Shown here in pieces: positions 23,007 to 36,699 of a stretch of 64,000 bases of DNA. This DNA comes from Octopus bimaculoides (Eukaryota): the NCBI RefSeq assembly GCF_001194135.2, contig NC_068994.1, positions 12,908,156 to 12,972,155 of the forward strand, written 5' to 3'. The stretch's first letter is position 1; each line of letters begins with the position of its first letter. A program made the translations under genes and the position numbers. Below the pieces are notes generated by a model, which was not told the DNA's origin, did not search any database, and worked only from the letters and a program-made list of their open reading frames with translations.

Positions 23007-25579
23007 NNNNNNNNNNNNNNNNNNNNNNNNNNNNNNNNNNNNNNNNNNNNNNNNNNNNNNNNNNNNNNNNNNNNNNNNNNNNNNNNNNNNNNNNNNNNNN
23101 NNNNNNNNNNNNNNNNNNNNNNNNNNNNNNNNNNNNNNNNNNNNNNNNNNNNNNNNNNNNNNNNNNNNNNNNNNNNNNNNNNNNNNNNNNNNNNNNNNNN
23201 NNNNNNNNNNNNNNNNNNNNNNNNNGCACAAACCAAACACAAGAAAGTGCGTATATAACTTAATTATTGCATATATATAGTACATATATAATGCAAAAAT
23301 ACTCTTCAGACTGCATTAATCAATAAATTAGAAACAGAGTTTTAAAATTTATTCTTTCTGTGCAGCCCGCTATCAAATGATTCACAACCGGAGGCTGGGG
23401 ACTTCTTAGCCGAATGTACCCCACTTCAATCACATCTGTTTTTAAAAATTAAGAAGTTAGCTTCCCAACCACATGGTTCTGGGTTCAATACCGTTGCGTG
23501 ACACCTTGGCCAAGTGTCTTCTACTATAGCCTCGGGCCGAACAAATCCTTGTGAGTGGATTTTGGTAGACGGAAACTGAAAGAAGCCTGTCGTGTGTGTG
23601 TGTGTGTTCGTGCGTGCGTGCGTGCCTATGTGCGTGTGTCCTGCTGCCGGTTGACAACCTGTGGTAGTTTGTTTACACCCACGTAACTTAGCGGTTCGAC
23701 AAAATAGGTCGATAGAATAAGTGATTGGCTTAAGAATGAGTACTGGAGTTGATTCGTTCCACTAAAAAAAATGATCACAGATGACTTTCAAGAAACACTA
23801 CATGAAGCAAGTTTTCAACAGTGAAAGCAGAGTAACCTCCCTTGTTATGAACTGTTTCATTTGATTGGTAGAATTGTGAGATTAAGGCAGCGAGCTGGCA
23901 GAAACGTTAGCACACCGGGGGAAACCCTTAGCGGTATTTCGTCTGCCGTTACGTTCTGAGTTCAAATTCCGCCGAGGTCGACTTTGCCTTTCATCCTTTC
24001 AAGGTCGATAAATTAAGTACCAGTTATGCACTGGGATCGATGTAATCAACTTAATCCCTTTATCTGTCCTTGTTTGTCTCCTCTAGGTTTAGCCCCTTGT
24101 GGGCAATAAAGAAATAAGAAACGTTAGCAAGCCGGGAGAAACGCCTATCAGTATTTCGTCTGTCTTTACGTTCTGAGTTCAAATTCTGCCGAGGACGACT
24201 TTGCCTTTCATCCTTTAAGGGTTGATAAATTAAGTACCAGTTGCGTACTGATGTCGATCTAATCGACTGGTCCCCTCCCACAAAAATTTCGAGCCTTGTG
24301 CTTAGATTAGAAAAGAATTGTGAGATTGTTGGATAATATACCAGTTGTATTTGTCTTTACAGTGGAAGTGCATGGCTTAGTGGTTAAGGTGTTGGACTCA
24401 TAATCGTAAGATTGTGGTTTCGGTTCCTGGACCGGACGATGCATTGTGTCCTTGCGCAAAACACTTCGTTTCACGTTGCTCCAATTTCTTAGTTGGTAAA
24501 GACGAGTCATCCTACGACGGACCGACATTCCGTCTAGGGAGGAATATATACGCCGGAGACACAGGAAAACCAGCCATATGCTTCTTACAGAGTTATGTGG
24601 AATAACCATTTGTCTTTACGTTTTGAGTTCAAAACCCACCGAGGTCAAACTTGCTTTTCAACCTTCTGGAATCGATAATATAAAGTATAAGTTAAGTGCT
24701 GACGGCAGTAAATATTCTGAAATGCTTCTTGAATAGATATCATAGAATTATAAGAGAAAATTATATTAGAAAAAAAAAAGAAATATGGAATGAAAGACAG
24801 AGTTGATCTCAGCGGGATTTGAGCTCGGATTGTAATAATCCAGAACAAATACAGGAAGACATTTTCTTAGTCAACCTCAGTTGAGCACTGGGGCTGATGT
24901 AATCGATTTAACTTCTCTCTCTAAAATTGCTAGCCTTGTGTCAACAATTTCACACACACACACACACATTTATTAAAGCTGAACATTTTTTCACAAACTG
25001 ATAATCAGACGAACAGTCACGTGAAACTCTACCTTTGGTATTCGAGGACTATATTTTCCACCTTGTTTTGCATGTATGTGCTTTCTTGTGTGTGTGCGTG
25101 TGCGCGCGTGCATGCGTGTGTGCACGCGTCATGGACGCAAAATCAGAAGTGCCATTGACAGCTAAGAAGCACAAGGAGATGACCACCATCAGTGAAGATG
25201 GAGCAATCGCCATGCGCGCGCGTGTAAAAAAGGAAAGACAAGCTACCGAACTTGAAATGGCGAGTTGAAAATATATTTCCTTGAAATTACAATCCAAAAC
25301 GGGGGAAAAAAATAATATCGGCGTTAATAAATTTTTAACGTCGTGGTGCAGGGGAGAGAACTCGCCAAAATTTCGATCAGCAAAAATTGAGATCGGTCAG
25401 AATGGAAAGTCAGTTTGATCTTTGTTAACCATAGTGACAATGTTGGACATGTTTCAGTATTACTAGGCGTATTCAGTAAAGCGTTAAGTAAATGAAAGTA
25501 AATAGCTTCGGAAATTTTCTTTGTAGAGAAAGTTCTTCTGCACAAATGATATATAACTAAGTGCAGACGACCATATTTG

Positions 25580-25960
25580 AGTTGATTTGTTTGTGTGTGT
25601 ATCTGTGTGTACATGTGTGTGTGTGTGCATGCATGTGTGAGTGTGTGTGCATATGTGTGTGAGAGGGAGTGTGCATACATATGTATGTGTTTGTGTGTGT
25701 GTGGTGTGCATGCGTGTGTACATGTGTGAGTGTGCATGTGTGAGTGTACATGTGTATGAGTGTATGCATGTGTGTGTGTGAGAGAGAGAATGTGCATGCA
25801 TGTGTGTGTGTGAGAGAGAGTATGTATGTATGCGTTTGTATATGTGTGCATGCATGTGTGTATGTGTGTTGGTGTGCATGTGTGTGAGAGTGAGTGTGCA
25901 TTCATGTGTGCGTGGGTGTGCATGTGTGTTTGTTGTGAGTGTGCATGTGTTTGTGTGTTG
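25580..25960. repeat. Degenerate (TG)n/(TGCA) compound microsatellite
   Basis: Low-complexity TG/CA array; source of the His/Thr-rich spurious ORFs. Confidence 0.9.
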
Positions 25961-27052
25961 GTGTCTCCCTGTCTTGACATCGCATAATTGCTGTAAACCA
26001 GCGTCATCATCACGTGGTCGGGCAGCAAACTCCTTACATCCAACCACCCTGTACCCTCACCACATCTGCACCCACACCAAATCTACATCACACCTACCTG
26101 TGTCCACATAACACCTGTGACAACATTAAAATTGCCAAACAAAAAAAACGAAAAGATCTATAATGGTTATTTTATTTTCCTTTTGAACCCAACGAATTGA
26201 AAAATTATATTTTTAATGTATCACACTTCATTTCTTTTCTCCTCTTCTCATATTTATTATGGTTATTATTTTGAAAAACATTATCATTGAATATTTGAAA
26301 TATTAGATTTCTGAAATGTCAGCAATGATTTCAAGTGTAACTTGACATTATCCTTCAAAATCATATATATTTAATTGTACACATGCACAATATTCTTTTC
26401 TACTCTAGTTACAAGACTCAAAATTTTGGGGGAGGGGGCAAGTCGATTAGGTCGACGCCAGTACACAACTGGTACTTAATTTATCGACCCTGGAAAGATG
26501 AAAGGCAAAGTCGACCTCGGCGGAATTTGAACTCAGAATGTAACGGCAGACGAAATACCGCTAAGCATTTCACCCGGCGTGCTAACGATTCTGCCAGCTC
26601 ACCACCTTACATAAGCACAATATTGGCACAGGCATGGCTGTGTGGTAAGAGGTTTGCTATTGAACCATATGGTTTTGGGTTCAGTCCCACTGTGTGGCAC
26701 CTTGGACTTTTATTATGGTAGAAGACACTAAGTGTTGTCTACTACATCCCCAGGCCAACCAAAGTCTTGTGAATGAATTTGACAGATGGAAACTGAAAGA
26801 TGCCCTTTGAGTGTGTGTGCTTTGTTGTGTTAAGTACTGGTTGTCACAAAGTACTAAAATACATATATACATTCTTTGATAATAATAAGAAAATATTAAA
26901 AACAGTTTACAAGAGAGTATTCAACAAAAAGTATTAGGAGTTCAATAAAAATCATGTTTGGTAGTATATATATTCAATAAAAACCATGTTTGTTTGGTTG
27001 TATATATATATACACAGAAAGAGATATATTTAAGAATTTACAAAAAATTGGA

Positions 27053-27152
27053 NNNNNNNNNNNNNNNNNNNNNNNNNNNNNNNNNNNNNNNNNNNNNNNN
27101 NNNNNNNNNNNNNNNNNNNNNNNNNNNNNNNNNNNNNNNNNNNNNNNNNNNN
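27053..27152. other. Exactly 100-N assembly gap (conventional unknown-size join)
   Basis: 100 Ns; the other gaps in the window have irregular lengths. Confidence 0.85.
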
Positions 27153-27302
27153 TAGCATGGAAAGCGGACGTTAAACGACGATGATGATGATGATACATAT
27201 ATGTATATATACACTTATATATTTATATACACATATATATACATATATGTACATATACATATATGTATATATACACTTATATATTTATACACACATATGT
27301 AT

Positions 27303-27802
27303 ATTACTAGAGCTGTATTTAATTGATATCGTCTTCAGACCTAAAGTGTAATGGTGATGGAACAGTTTAGTAGAGAGGGCCATTAGAGCAAAGGCACAGG
27401 CCTGGAAGGACTGAAAATGTGGTGGTAGCAAGGATCTGTATCAAGTTGCTAGACAGGAGGCTAGGAGACAGGTATATTTCGCTAGGGGAGACACAGATAG
27501 AAGTTTGCAAATGTTCTGCAGCATGAAATCCAGTGGCTTGAGGTATTTTTGATTGCAAGATGGTCTTGCAGTCGAAAATGCCTCAAGCCACTGGATTTCA
27601 TGCTGCAGAACATTTGCAAACTTCTATCTGTGTCTCCCCTAGCTAAATATACCTGTCTATCAACATGATACAGATCCTTGCTACCATCACATTTCCATTC
27701 CTCCAGGCCTGTGTCTTTCCTCTAATGGCCCTCTCTACTACACTGATCCATCACCATTACACTTGTCTGAAGGCGATATGAATTAAAAGCAGCTCTAGTA
27801 AT
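27303..27802. repeat. ~500-bp near-perfect palindrome (hairpin, 3-nt loop at 27561-27563)
   Basis: 27303-27560 reverse-complements 27564-27802, with scattered substitutions and one short insertion in the left arm. Confidence 0.9.
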
Positions 27803-28466
27803 GTAAATATTATCAGGTACACATGCGTAGTTTATGTATTTTATTCTAAATGCCCAATTGCTGTAAGACAGCATCCAAGAAAAGCTCCCAACACAACTTT
27901 GGGTGTTAAAGAACACTAAGTGTCCCAGATGAGGTGAGAAAAAACTCACCTCAAAGTGATTAAGAATGGCGAATACTGATATTTTGCTATCCTTGTGGCT
28001 TATCAATACCATGTACTTGGATCACCTCAAAATGAAATGAATTGCTGATCTGGGACTTAATTGCAAATACAACAAAGTCTATTTGCTGATGTGCTGTGGC
28101 CTAATACATGTGAAACAAAATTAAATTATGAATTGATGTAAACATTATTGGTTGCACATAAAAAGTGTTTGCGTTTTGTTTAAACATTCATTTGCTACAT
28201 ATATATATATATACGTTTCAAGGTTTGCCTTACGCTGATATATATTTTTTCAACATAACATATCCAAGAAAATATTTTCTCAGAGACAAATGCCCCAGCA
28301 TTTTGCCTTTCAATGGTGTATATACATTAATTCAGATATGCTGATGGCTATTTTACACAATTATATAACCACACACACACACACATATAAGCACATACAT
28401 ACTCATATGTGTGTGTGTGTGTATAGATACAGAGAGGGAGAGAGAGAGAGATACAGAGAGGGAGAG

Positions 28467-28499
<33 letters not shown>

Positions 28500-28609
28500 T
28501 AGAGCGTAAGCTCGAAACATTAAAGACTTGCTCAATTCCTGAACGTTATACTAATATATCTATGTTTTCAACACCACCTGTCTTCGTCTGTTGTTTTTTT
28601 GTGAATTCT

Positions 28610-28648
<39 letters not shown>

Positions 28649-29684
28649 TATATACAAACAAACAAACATGCACATATACATGCTTATACACACACACATA
28701 AGCACGTACATACTCATATATATATACAAACAAACATGCTCATATACATGTTTATACACACACACACATATAGTAGAGCATATTAAATGAGTTAAAGCAT
28801 TCTCAACATACCATAGCAGAATAGTATTCATCATCATCATCATCGTTTAACGTCCGCTTTCCTGCTGGCATGGGTTGGACGGTTTGACTGAGGGCAGGCG
28901 AGCTAGAAGGCCGCAACAGGCTCCAATCTGATCTGGCAAAATTTCTACAGCTGGATGCCCTTCCTAATGCCAACCACAGTGAGAGTGTAGTGAGTACTTT
29001 TTACGTGCCACTGGCATAAGGACCAGTCAGGCAGTACTAGCATTGACCATACTTGAATCGTGCTTTTTATATGCCACCGGCACAGGAGCCAGTTAGGTGG
29101 CACTGGCAATGACCACGCTCTTCAATTTCATTCAGTGGTCAAGAATGTTTAATACATTTTCTATATACAGTATTCTTTCAACAATTTTTAAATAACTTTA
29201 ATAGCATATCCAAAACAGATAACTGTATGTAGCTCTTTCTATAGCATGTTCACTTCTTGATGTAAAGATAAAATACAAGACAACTCTCAATATAGAAGAG
29301 GTGACAAGAATAACAAAGAATATTGTTTTCATAAATGTTCTTCCCTTAGATTATACATTCAACAATACCTAAGTGGACTTTACACCAATCAAGAAACAAT
29401 TGCTTCAGACAAAAAAGAATTTCAGAAGAAATTATGCATTTCATGGTTCTCTATAACTTTCTACTCATCTTATTGTTATCAAAACAACTGGAAATTCTAC
29501 AGCTATTGCTAGTGTAAATATATTGCAATAAAACACTATCTGCTTTTTGCTCTCTCCTCAGTAAGCTTAGACAATTTTAAAACTCATTCTTTGATGAATC
29601 TTAGTCTACTCATTAATATGATTATTAACAACATTTAAAACTTTTGCTTATAAAAATATTTTATTGAGACTAAATTTTACATTA

Positions 29685-31190
29685 CAAGGGTGGGGTGAAA
29701 AGATGCCAGAGCTGTGAAATCTTGCATGCATTAATTTAAATCTTCTTATCAATAACTGCATTGTTTATTTCCAGGCAAACTGACATCTGACTATTCAAAG
29801 ATGACTTCAGAAGTAACTAGTAGCAGTTTCTCTTGCAAGTGGACAAAATTTGGTCTTGTGATGTTATTAAGTACCCGAGAAAAAGGGTTTAGCCTTCCAA
29901 CAACAGTCATGTAGACAAGGTTGCTACATTAGAGAATGACACTCCAGCTTTATTAACTGTACAAAAGTGGAAAGGGAGAGTCTTGAAGATGACCCAAGGT
30001 CTGGACATTCTACAACTACCATTACTGAGGTAATGATCGTGTTCACCACATGGTGATGGATGACAGGTGATTGACTATAAATCAATTAGCTAATGCTAAT
30101 AGCCTATCCTGTGAGAGAGTTGATAATATTCAGCACAATGAACTTGGCAAGATGAATATTTCTGCTCGGTGGGTGTCATGTCTTCTAACACCTGATCAAA
30201 AGTGCACCAGGTTCATCACATCACAGGAAAATCTGATATTGTTTTAGGCAGATCCAACTGGTTTCCTTGAATGTTTCCTAACCCAGAATGAATGTTGGGA
30301 TCATCACTGAGTTAGAGAGAAAGAGACAATTCATGCAATGGAAACATCTCTTCTCACCTGTTCCAAAGAAGGCCAAGGTAGTTTCATCTGCAGAGAAGGT
30401 GATGACCTCAGTTTTGGGGGATGCAAAATGGTATTGTGATTATTGATTACTCCCTGACTGGCTCCTGTGCCAGTGGTACGTAAAAAGCACCATCGGAACG
30501 CAGCCGATGCCAGTACCTCCTGACTAGCTCCTGTGCCAGTGGCATGTAAAAAGCACTCACTACACTCTCAGAGTGGTTGGCATTAGGAAGGGCATCCAGC
30601 TGTAGAAATGTTGCCAAATCAGATTGTAGCCTGGTGCAGCTGCTGGCTCTCCAGACCTCAGTCAAACCGTCCAACCCATGCCAGCATGGAAAACAGACAT
30701 AAAACGATGGATGATGATGATCAAAAGGACCACACCATCAATAGAGAGTATTATGCCAGCTGGCTGAGGCAGTTACAAAAGGTTATCAAAACCAAACACC
30801 CAGGAAAACAAATGAAAGAAGACTTATTTCATCAGTAAAATGCTCCAGCACTAAAGTTTTTATTTCAATGGCTACTGTGTGTGACTGTGGCTTTGAACTG
30901 GTTGATCACCCTCTCTATTCTCCTGATTTGGCCCCATCTGACTCATCTATTTCCCAACATGTAAAATACTTGACTGGGAACCAGTATTGCAGTGATGATA
31001 TCATACACGTTGTTGATGACTTTTTTGATCAACAGGAAGAAAGCTTTTTCATCAATGGGCTCCAAGCACTGTAACACTGATGGAAGAAGTGAGTGGACTG
31101 CAAGGGGGATTATGTTGAAAAATAAACCTCATTTGGTCACATTCCATGAAAGTATCTTGTCAGCCTATGAACTTTTTAGCTGAACCTCAC
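29685..31190 (+). mobile_element. Decayed mariner transposon, interrupted by a SINE-tail insertion
   Basis: Frameshifted transposase with SARWV, IDY.QK.HTIN.EYYA and HP.YSPDLAPSD motifs; right TIR-like end GTCAGCCTATGAACTTTTTAGCTGAACCTCAC; left boundary approximate. Confidence 0.88.
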
Positions 31191-31427
31191 ACTGCAAGCC
31201 AAAATTCAAATTTCATCAGTTTTATAATTTTAGAAAAAAAGAACAGTTCATTTTTGAAACAAAAGAGAAATAGGTTTAATTTGTCCTAATTTGTTTTTAC
31301 TCTTAGGCTAAACAAAATGAAGATTTGATAAGCTATTTTTATGTCTTTTTCTTTGGTATGATCACAGTTAAAATACACAAATTCTAAAAGCGTTTTTGAC
31401 CAGTGTTTAAATTGAATAATAACTTAC

Positions 31428-32038
31428 CTTGTGGAACATTTTGAGCCACCAATTCTGCGTGTACCACTTCTGTCATGACATGCATCAATTAACTTTCGTA
31501 AGAGAAGTAGACACTCTCGAAATGTAGAGAAGAAAGGATGATGGCTGACAATGCATAGTGATGTTAGGGTATTATTCCTAACCCGGCTGGCTGTTTTTAG
31601 ACGTCGTCTAGTCCTTGGTGATCTTTGTGGGTGATCAGTGTCTCCATGATGGGGTGCTAATTTATTGGGATCTCCATAATGATCAAAACGATCACGAGAC
31701 TTGTCACTTGAATGGGTTTTCCGTTCAAAAGGACGGAAAAAGTTTACACATATTCCATATCGAACAATTCCAGAATCTTTTTCAGTTAATGTAAATACAA
31801 AAGGTGTAGTTTCTCGCAGACTAGTTCTTCTGGGCCCTTCACTGATGCAACCTTCTGGTTGACAGAAGAAGATAACATCGTTTGGAAGTGGGAAATCTTT
31901 GTGGTCTTCAACTGGATAACGACGAAGCAGCTCAGGTGTTTGTGCTACATTATTATTATGATTTGGGTTGCGAGTTCCCACAATCACAATGTAATCCAAC
32001 AGTCGTGGTGAAAAGTATTTTTTCATGTATTCACACAT
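31428..32038 (-). CDS. MADD: MAP kinase-activating death domain protein / Rab3 GEF, first coding exon (uDENN domain)
   Basis: Peptide PRLLDYIVIVG...AQTPELLRRYP.EDH.DFPLP.DV.FFCQPEGC...FVFTLT.KD.G..RYGICVNF...LTSLCIVSHHPFFSTFRECL is unmistakably MADD. Acceptor cacttag| just before the ATG (exon starts 32039); donor |gtaagt at 31427; ends phase 2. Confidence 0.96.
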
Positions 32039-32458
32039 TCTAAGTGTGAACGGTGTATACTTTCAAATTATAGGTATGTGCTAGTGTTAGCACAATGGTT
32101 TTTATGTAATAGGTAGATAGTAAGCAAGCATCTTTTCCAGAAGAACTTCAATTGTAGTTGTTTTCATTCATTTCAGTGGAATGACATAAACCAACTAAAA
32201 TTAAACTGGTGGAATATAAATCCATAATTGTGACAACTAACCTGTCAAAATAAATGAAATGGAACAGATGTAATGGAAACAATATTATTTAAGATTCAAT
32301 AACTAAAACATATTTTCATATGGAAAATTAGTAAAGTTAATATCTTGTTTGAAGATTGGTTATTTCATTTTAATTGTGATAAATTTAGTTTATTTGAACT
32401 TTTATGTAAATTTAAATAATAATGGTGAAACTCAGGTGTTAAGAAGAACAATAGTAAA

Positions 32459-32547
32459 ATTATACCAAGTGAATTTGTAATTGACCAAGACTATTTTAAA
32501 ATTATACCAAGTGAATTTGTAATTGACCAAGACTATTTTAAAATTAT
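32459..32547. repeat. Perfect 42-bp tandem duplication
   Basis: ATTATACCAAGTGAATTTGTAATTGACCAAGACTATTTTAAA x2. Confidence 0.9.
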
Positions 32548-34733
32548 GTGTGAATTTGTAGAAAATGGGATGAGTAGTAAGAGACAAATGATAACAGCTA
32601 TGAAGGTCATGCTTAAATGATCGAGAGTAAGAGTTCAACTTTGGTTCTTATTGCAGTTCTTTAGATTGTTTCAGTTTTTACCTATGCACTAGCATGTACT
32701 GTTTTAGCTGTTCGTAAATGCTGACTTTTCTTAGTTAAATAATCAATAATCTTATTCCCATGCCAAATCTTGTGAAAGAGGTACATGTGTCATCTTGCTT
32801 CATAGTGTGTGTGTGTGTGTGGTGTGTGTGAGTATATATAAATATTATGACCATCATCATCATAAACTTTTCCTTGCTTGCATGAATTAGACAGAATTTG
32901 TTGAGGTAGATTTTCAAGAGTCTTTTTTTTTTGTCACCTGTCATGCCAACATATATATAGTGTATATATTTCACATGAGCAAGACATTAAATTGTATCTG
33001 GTGGTAAGGTTCCTGCTGGGGAGCTCAAGAATTTTGTGGAATATGTTGTTTCTCCTCAGATAATACTATTCATGAGACTGTTCTGGCCTAGGGTAGTAGT
33101 ATGAAGATGGTACTGTGGCCAAGACATATAAAACTCAGAGAAGGGTTGCTCTCTAGACAAATATCACAGAGATCTATAGATATGTAGGTCATGGACTGAT
33201 GTCATATGAACCAGTCCCATTGCTTGGAGGTTAAATAGGCCCTGTACCCCAAGGACAAACTTAGGAGAAAAGACTAGCAAAGTAAGCAATAAAAAATGCT
33301 AAAGCCTCTAGGCATGGTTCATGAAGAGATGCTTGCTAACTTGGTAACCTGCTTTTCAGGAAGAGATGCTAGCTAAGTTGGCAATCTGCTGCTCAATGAG
33401 AGACTTTTACCTATTTATTTCCTGTTTCTCTATAACTATAGTTTTCCTAACTATAATTATAAGCCCTGGTGCATGTTCTGTTGTTTTACACTTGGAATAA
33501 TACTTTGCTGCATTGAAATATAGGTATATATATTTACCAAAAGGCATAACAATATTGAAATAAAAGAAACTTAATAGATCCAAATAAATATTAGCTTTTA
33601 ACTCATTTCTATATGCAACATTATATACAACAAAACAAATAGAAAATTTTGACAATCAATGTCTATGTATACAATCATTTTCATGATTGGGATGCCTATG
33701 AGATCTTGGAAAAAAAGTAATTTTGACCAGTAAAAATTGTCATATCTGATGGATTCCCAACTCTACTAATAGAAACATGCAACTGACCATGTATGAATAT
33801 GTCTATAGTATTGTAAAGAAAGTAACTAATTAAAATTAACAGAGAAAAATGAATATTTATTTGTGTGTTTTCTAAGAAATTTAAAGAACTGAGATTCATC
33901 ATTTTCTTTCCATTTAATAAACTTCTTTTAGAAGAACATACATAAAGAGGTAGCAAGATATAGTATTTGATGAGAAATTGAGGTGAAAACAGCTCTAAAA
34001 GGCTGCTGCAGTGTTACTTGACTTTGCGTAATTACACATTTTCCATTCATGACAAATTGTGCATTCATAAAAGGTATTTTAAAATGGCTATAAGAAAATA
34101 ATTATTCAACTACTGTCTGAAATGGTGGAACAGAGGAAACTGAAGTGGACAGTGCTTGAAAGTCATTTAGGTTACTTAGGTATTGCATGAGAAATTGGGG
34201 TTAAAACAGTGAAAGATAGGTAGATAAATACATAGCGTTTCTTATTGTGAAGAAAGCAATTTAACAGAGAAGAAAACAAATATTTATTTGTTGGTTTTCT
34301 TATGAGAAATTTCAGGAACAAAGATTCATAATTTCTTTTCATTTTGTAATAAACTTACTTTGATGAAATTTTATTTTTAAAAGTAGATGACCATACTGAG
34401 AAATATATATGAATGTCTACATACATGCATACAGAGGGAGAAAGTAAGAGAGAGGGGTCGTGGTTGCAAAACAAAACTGGAAAGAATGTTACAGACAAAC
34501 AAATTTCACAAGAATCATAATAATGATTGCAAAAATCACTTGCCATTAGGCTTCACACAAGATAGATTCTGTTACACATTTTTTTTTCAGCAATAGGAAA
34601 TATCCCATGCCTTATCACAGCTTTCATAAAGCCAAACCTGAATCACTCTCTTGCCAATTGTCATTATGAAGACAGTTTCTTATCTGAGACTGCCCTGGCT
34701 AAATGCATGTATGGTTGTGTGTGTGTGTATATA

Positions 34734-34824
<91 letters not shown>

Positions 34825-35039
34825 TACACACACACACATCTATCAATATATGTGTATATTTGTATTGCCATTATTCTCCTGTTATAATAGAAGAGTAGCC
34901 TCTCTTCTCTAGAGTTCAGATTATTAATGCCTTTAGCTGGATATCTTTGTGCTCTGACCAAATAGGTTATTCAATGATTGGTAGAAATAATGCGAAACCA
35001 TAACGTAGAAAAATCTACCAATGTGTAAGAGCCAGCTGA

Positions 35040-36560
35040 ACTGCTGCCAAATGATGATACTAACTCTCTTCCTTTCAGGTGAACAAGAAGCTATCCATGA
35101 ATACGTTTTCCTGTCAGGTTGAAAACTGCAGAACTGTAACTATTCTGGAGAGATTCTAGAGATACTTGAATAGAAGTATGTAGTTGTATGTTGTGTACAA
35201 GAAGACAGAACTAAGACAGACTCCTTAAAAACAAGGAATACAAGTACACATTAATCTGGTTGGTGAGCAGCAACAGAATAGCAGTGTTGGTACAGAAGAA
35301 AAGTAGATGAAGTAACTGAAGTAGTCAGAGTATGTGATAGAATAATTAAGCTTATACTAGTCTTGGCCAATAAAATGACACTAATCTCTGCATATACACC
35401 ACAATTAGGACTGCTTCTATGATGCTGTCTTGCAGACAGACTATCTCAATAATGAATGATAGTGATCTCATTATCATGGCTATAATAAAAAATGTCTATT
35501 CCCCATACATCTAGAACATTTAACAAAGGAAGGACTAGCCACTTAGTCATCGAAGCCAACAGTAGTTTGATTCCAAATGCATTAAAGATAGGAACCCAGT
35601 TGGATATTCAGAATAGTTGCACTGAGACTTAAAATGTCTGGTGAAGTTGGTCATGCCCTAGTTACTTGCACAGTCAATTAGGTAATTCAGGGGGATGATT
35701 GGCATAACTCAATGATTAGCATAACAGTTCCATCATCAAGTGCAGCAAATGCAAAGGAGATGCACCAGAGAAAGGCAACCTATTGGTACTCTGTCACCTA
35801 TGATGTTGAGGGTTCCAGTTGATCTGATCAATGGAACTGCCTGCTTGTGAAATTAACATGCAAGTGGCCGAGCACTCCACAGACATGCATACCCTTAACA
35901 TAGTTCTCAGGGAGATTCAGCATGACACAGAGTCTGACAGGCCCTTTGAAATACAGGTACCACTCATTTTTGCCAGCTGAGTGAACTGGAGCAACATGAA
36001 ATAAAGTGTCTTGCTCAAGGACACAACATGCTGCTAGGAACCAAACTTGCAGCCTTATGATTATGAGCTGAAAACCCTAACCCTGAGCTGTGTACCTTAC
36101 TGAAAGGCAACTACAAAAGTATCAAATTGTTGGTCCAGATTATGAAAGTTGTACAATTAGTTATAGTACAATTATGAACAAAATTAGTCAAGCTGAGACA
36201 TAATTTGACTTAGTGTTAGGCAGAGTAATTAATGATACTGCATTCTTAAAAAGATAAAATGAGGATCTTGAATGTGGAGCATTTGTGAAGACTAGAAAGA
36301 AATGAAGTGAGTATGTTCCAATGTATGTATAATAGGAACAACTGGGCACAAGCTAAGTGAGATTAAAGCTGGCTACAAAAGTAAGCAGCTGTAGTAAGGA
36401 AGAAGACTATGCTGGTACAGGCTTGTGATAGGGTTGAAGAATGTCAGTTATATAAAGAAGTGTTCAAAGTTGATGAAACATGTAGAAAAAGGAGACCTGA
36501 CAAAATACAACAGAGAAGATGCTGAATTTCACAAATGAGATGACAAATGATTGTTATGAG
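35040..36560 (+). mobile_element. Decayed RTE-like LINE endonuclease region, interrupted by a SINE at ~35775-36095
   Basis: Degenerate APE motifs (V.CVQE.R; LISAY.PQ; GD.N.H.G); many stops; boundaries approximate. Confidence 0.55.
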
Positions 36561-36699
36561 GGATGATATTATGGTGCTGGAGAAGATCAGCCCACCTAAC
36601 CAAACAGTGCAAAAGCTTATTTAATTTGTGGTAGTGTTGGAGGCTCTCATCACTGTTATCCTCCCACTTATCATTCACTTTCTCTCTTATTCATGTTAC

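Noticed and set aside
25324-26043. 239-aa His/Thr-rich ORF
   Set aside because: Translation of a degenerate CA microsatellite.
27303-27345. Hammerhead core in the outer ends of the 500-bp palindrome (CTGAAGA on the minus strand)
   Set aside because: No intact GAAA and no stem I pairing; too degenerate to support.
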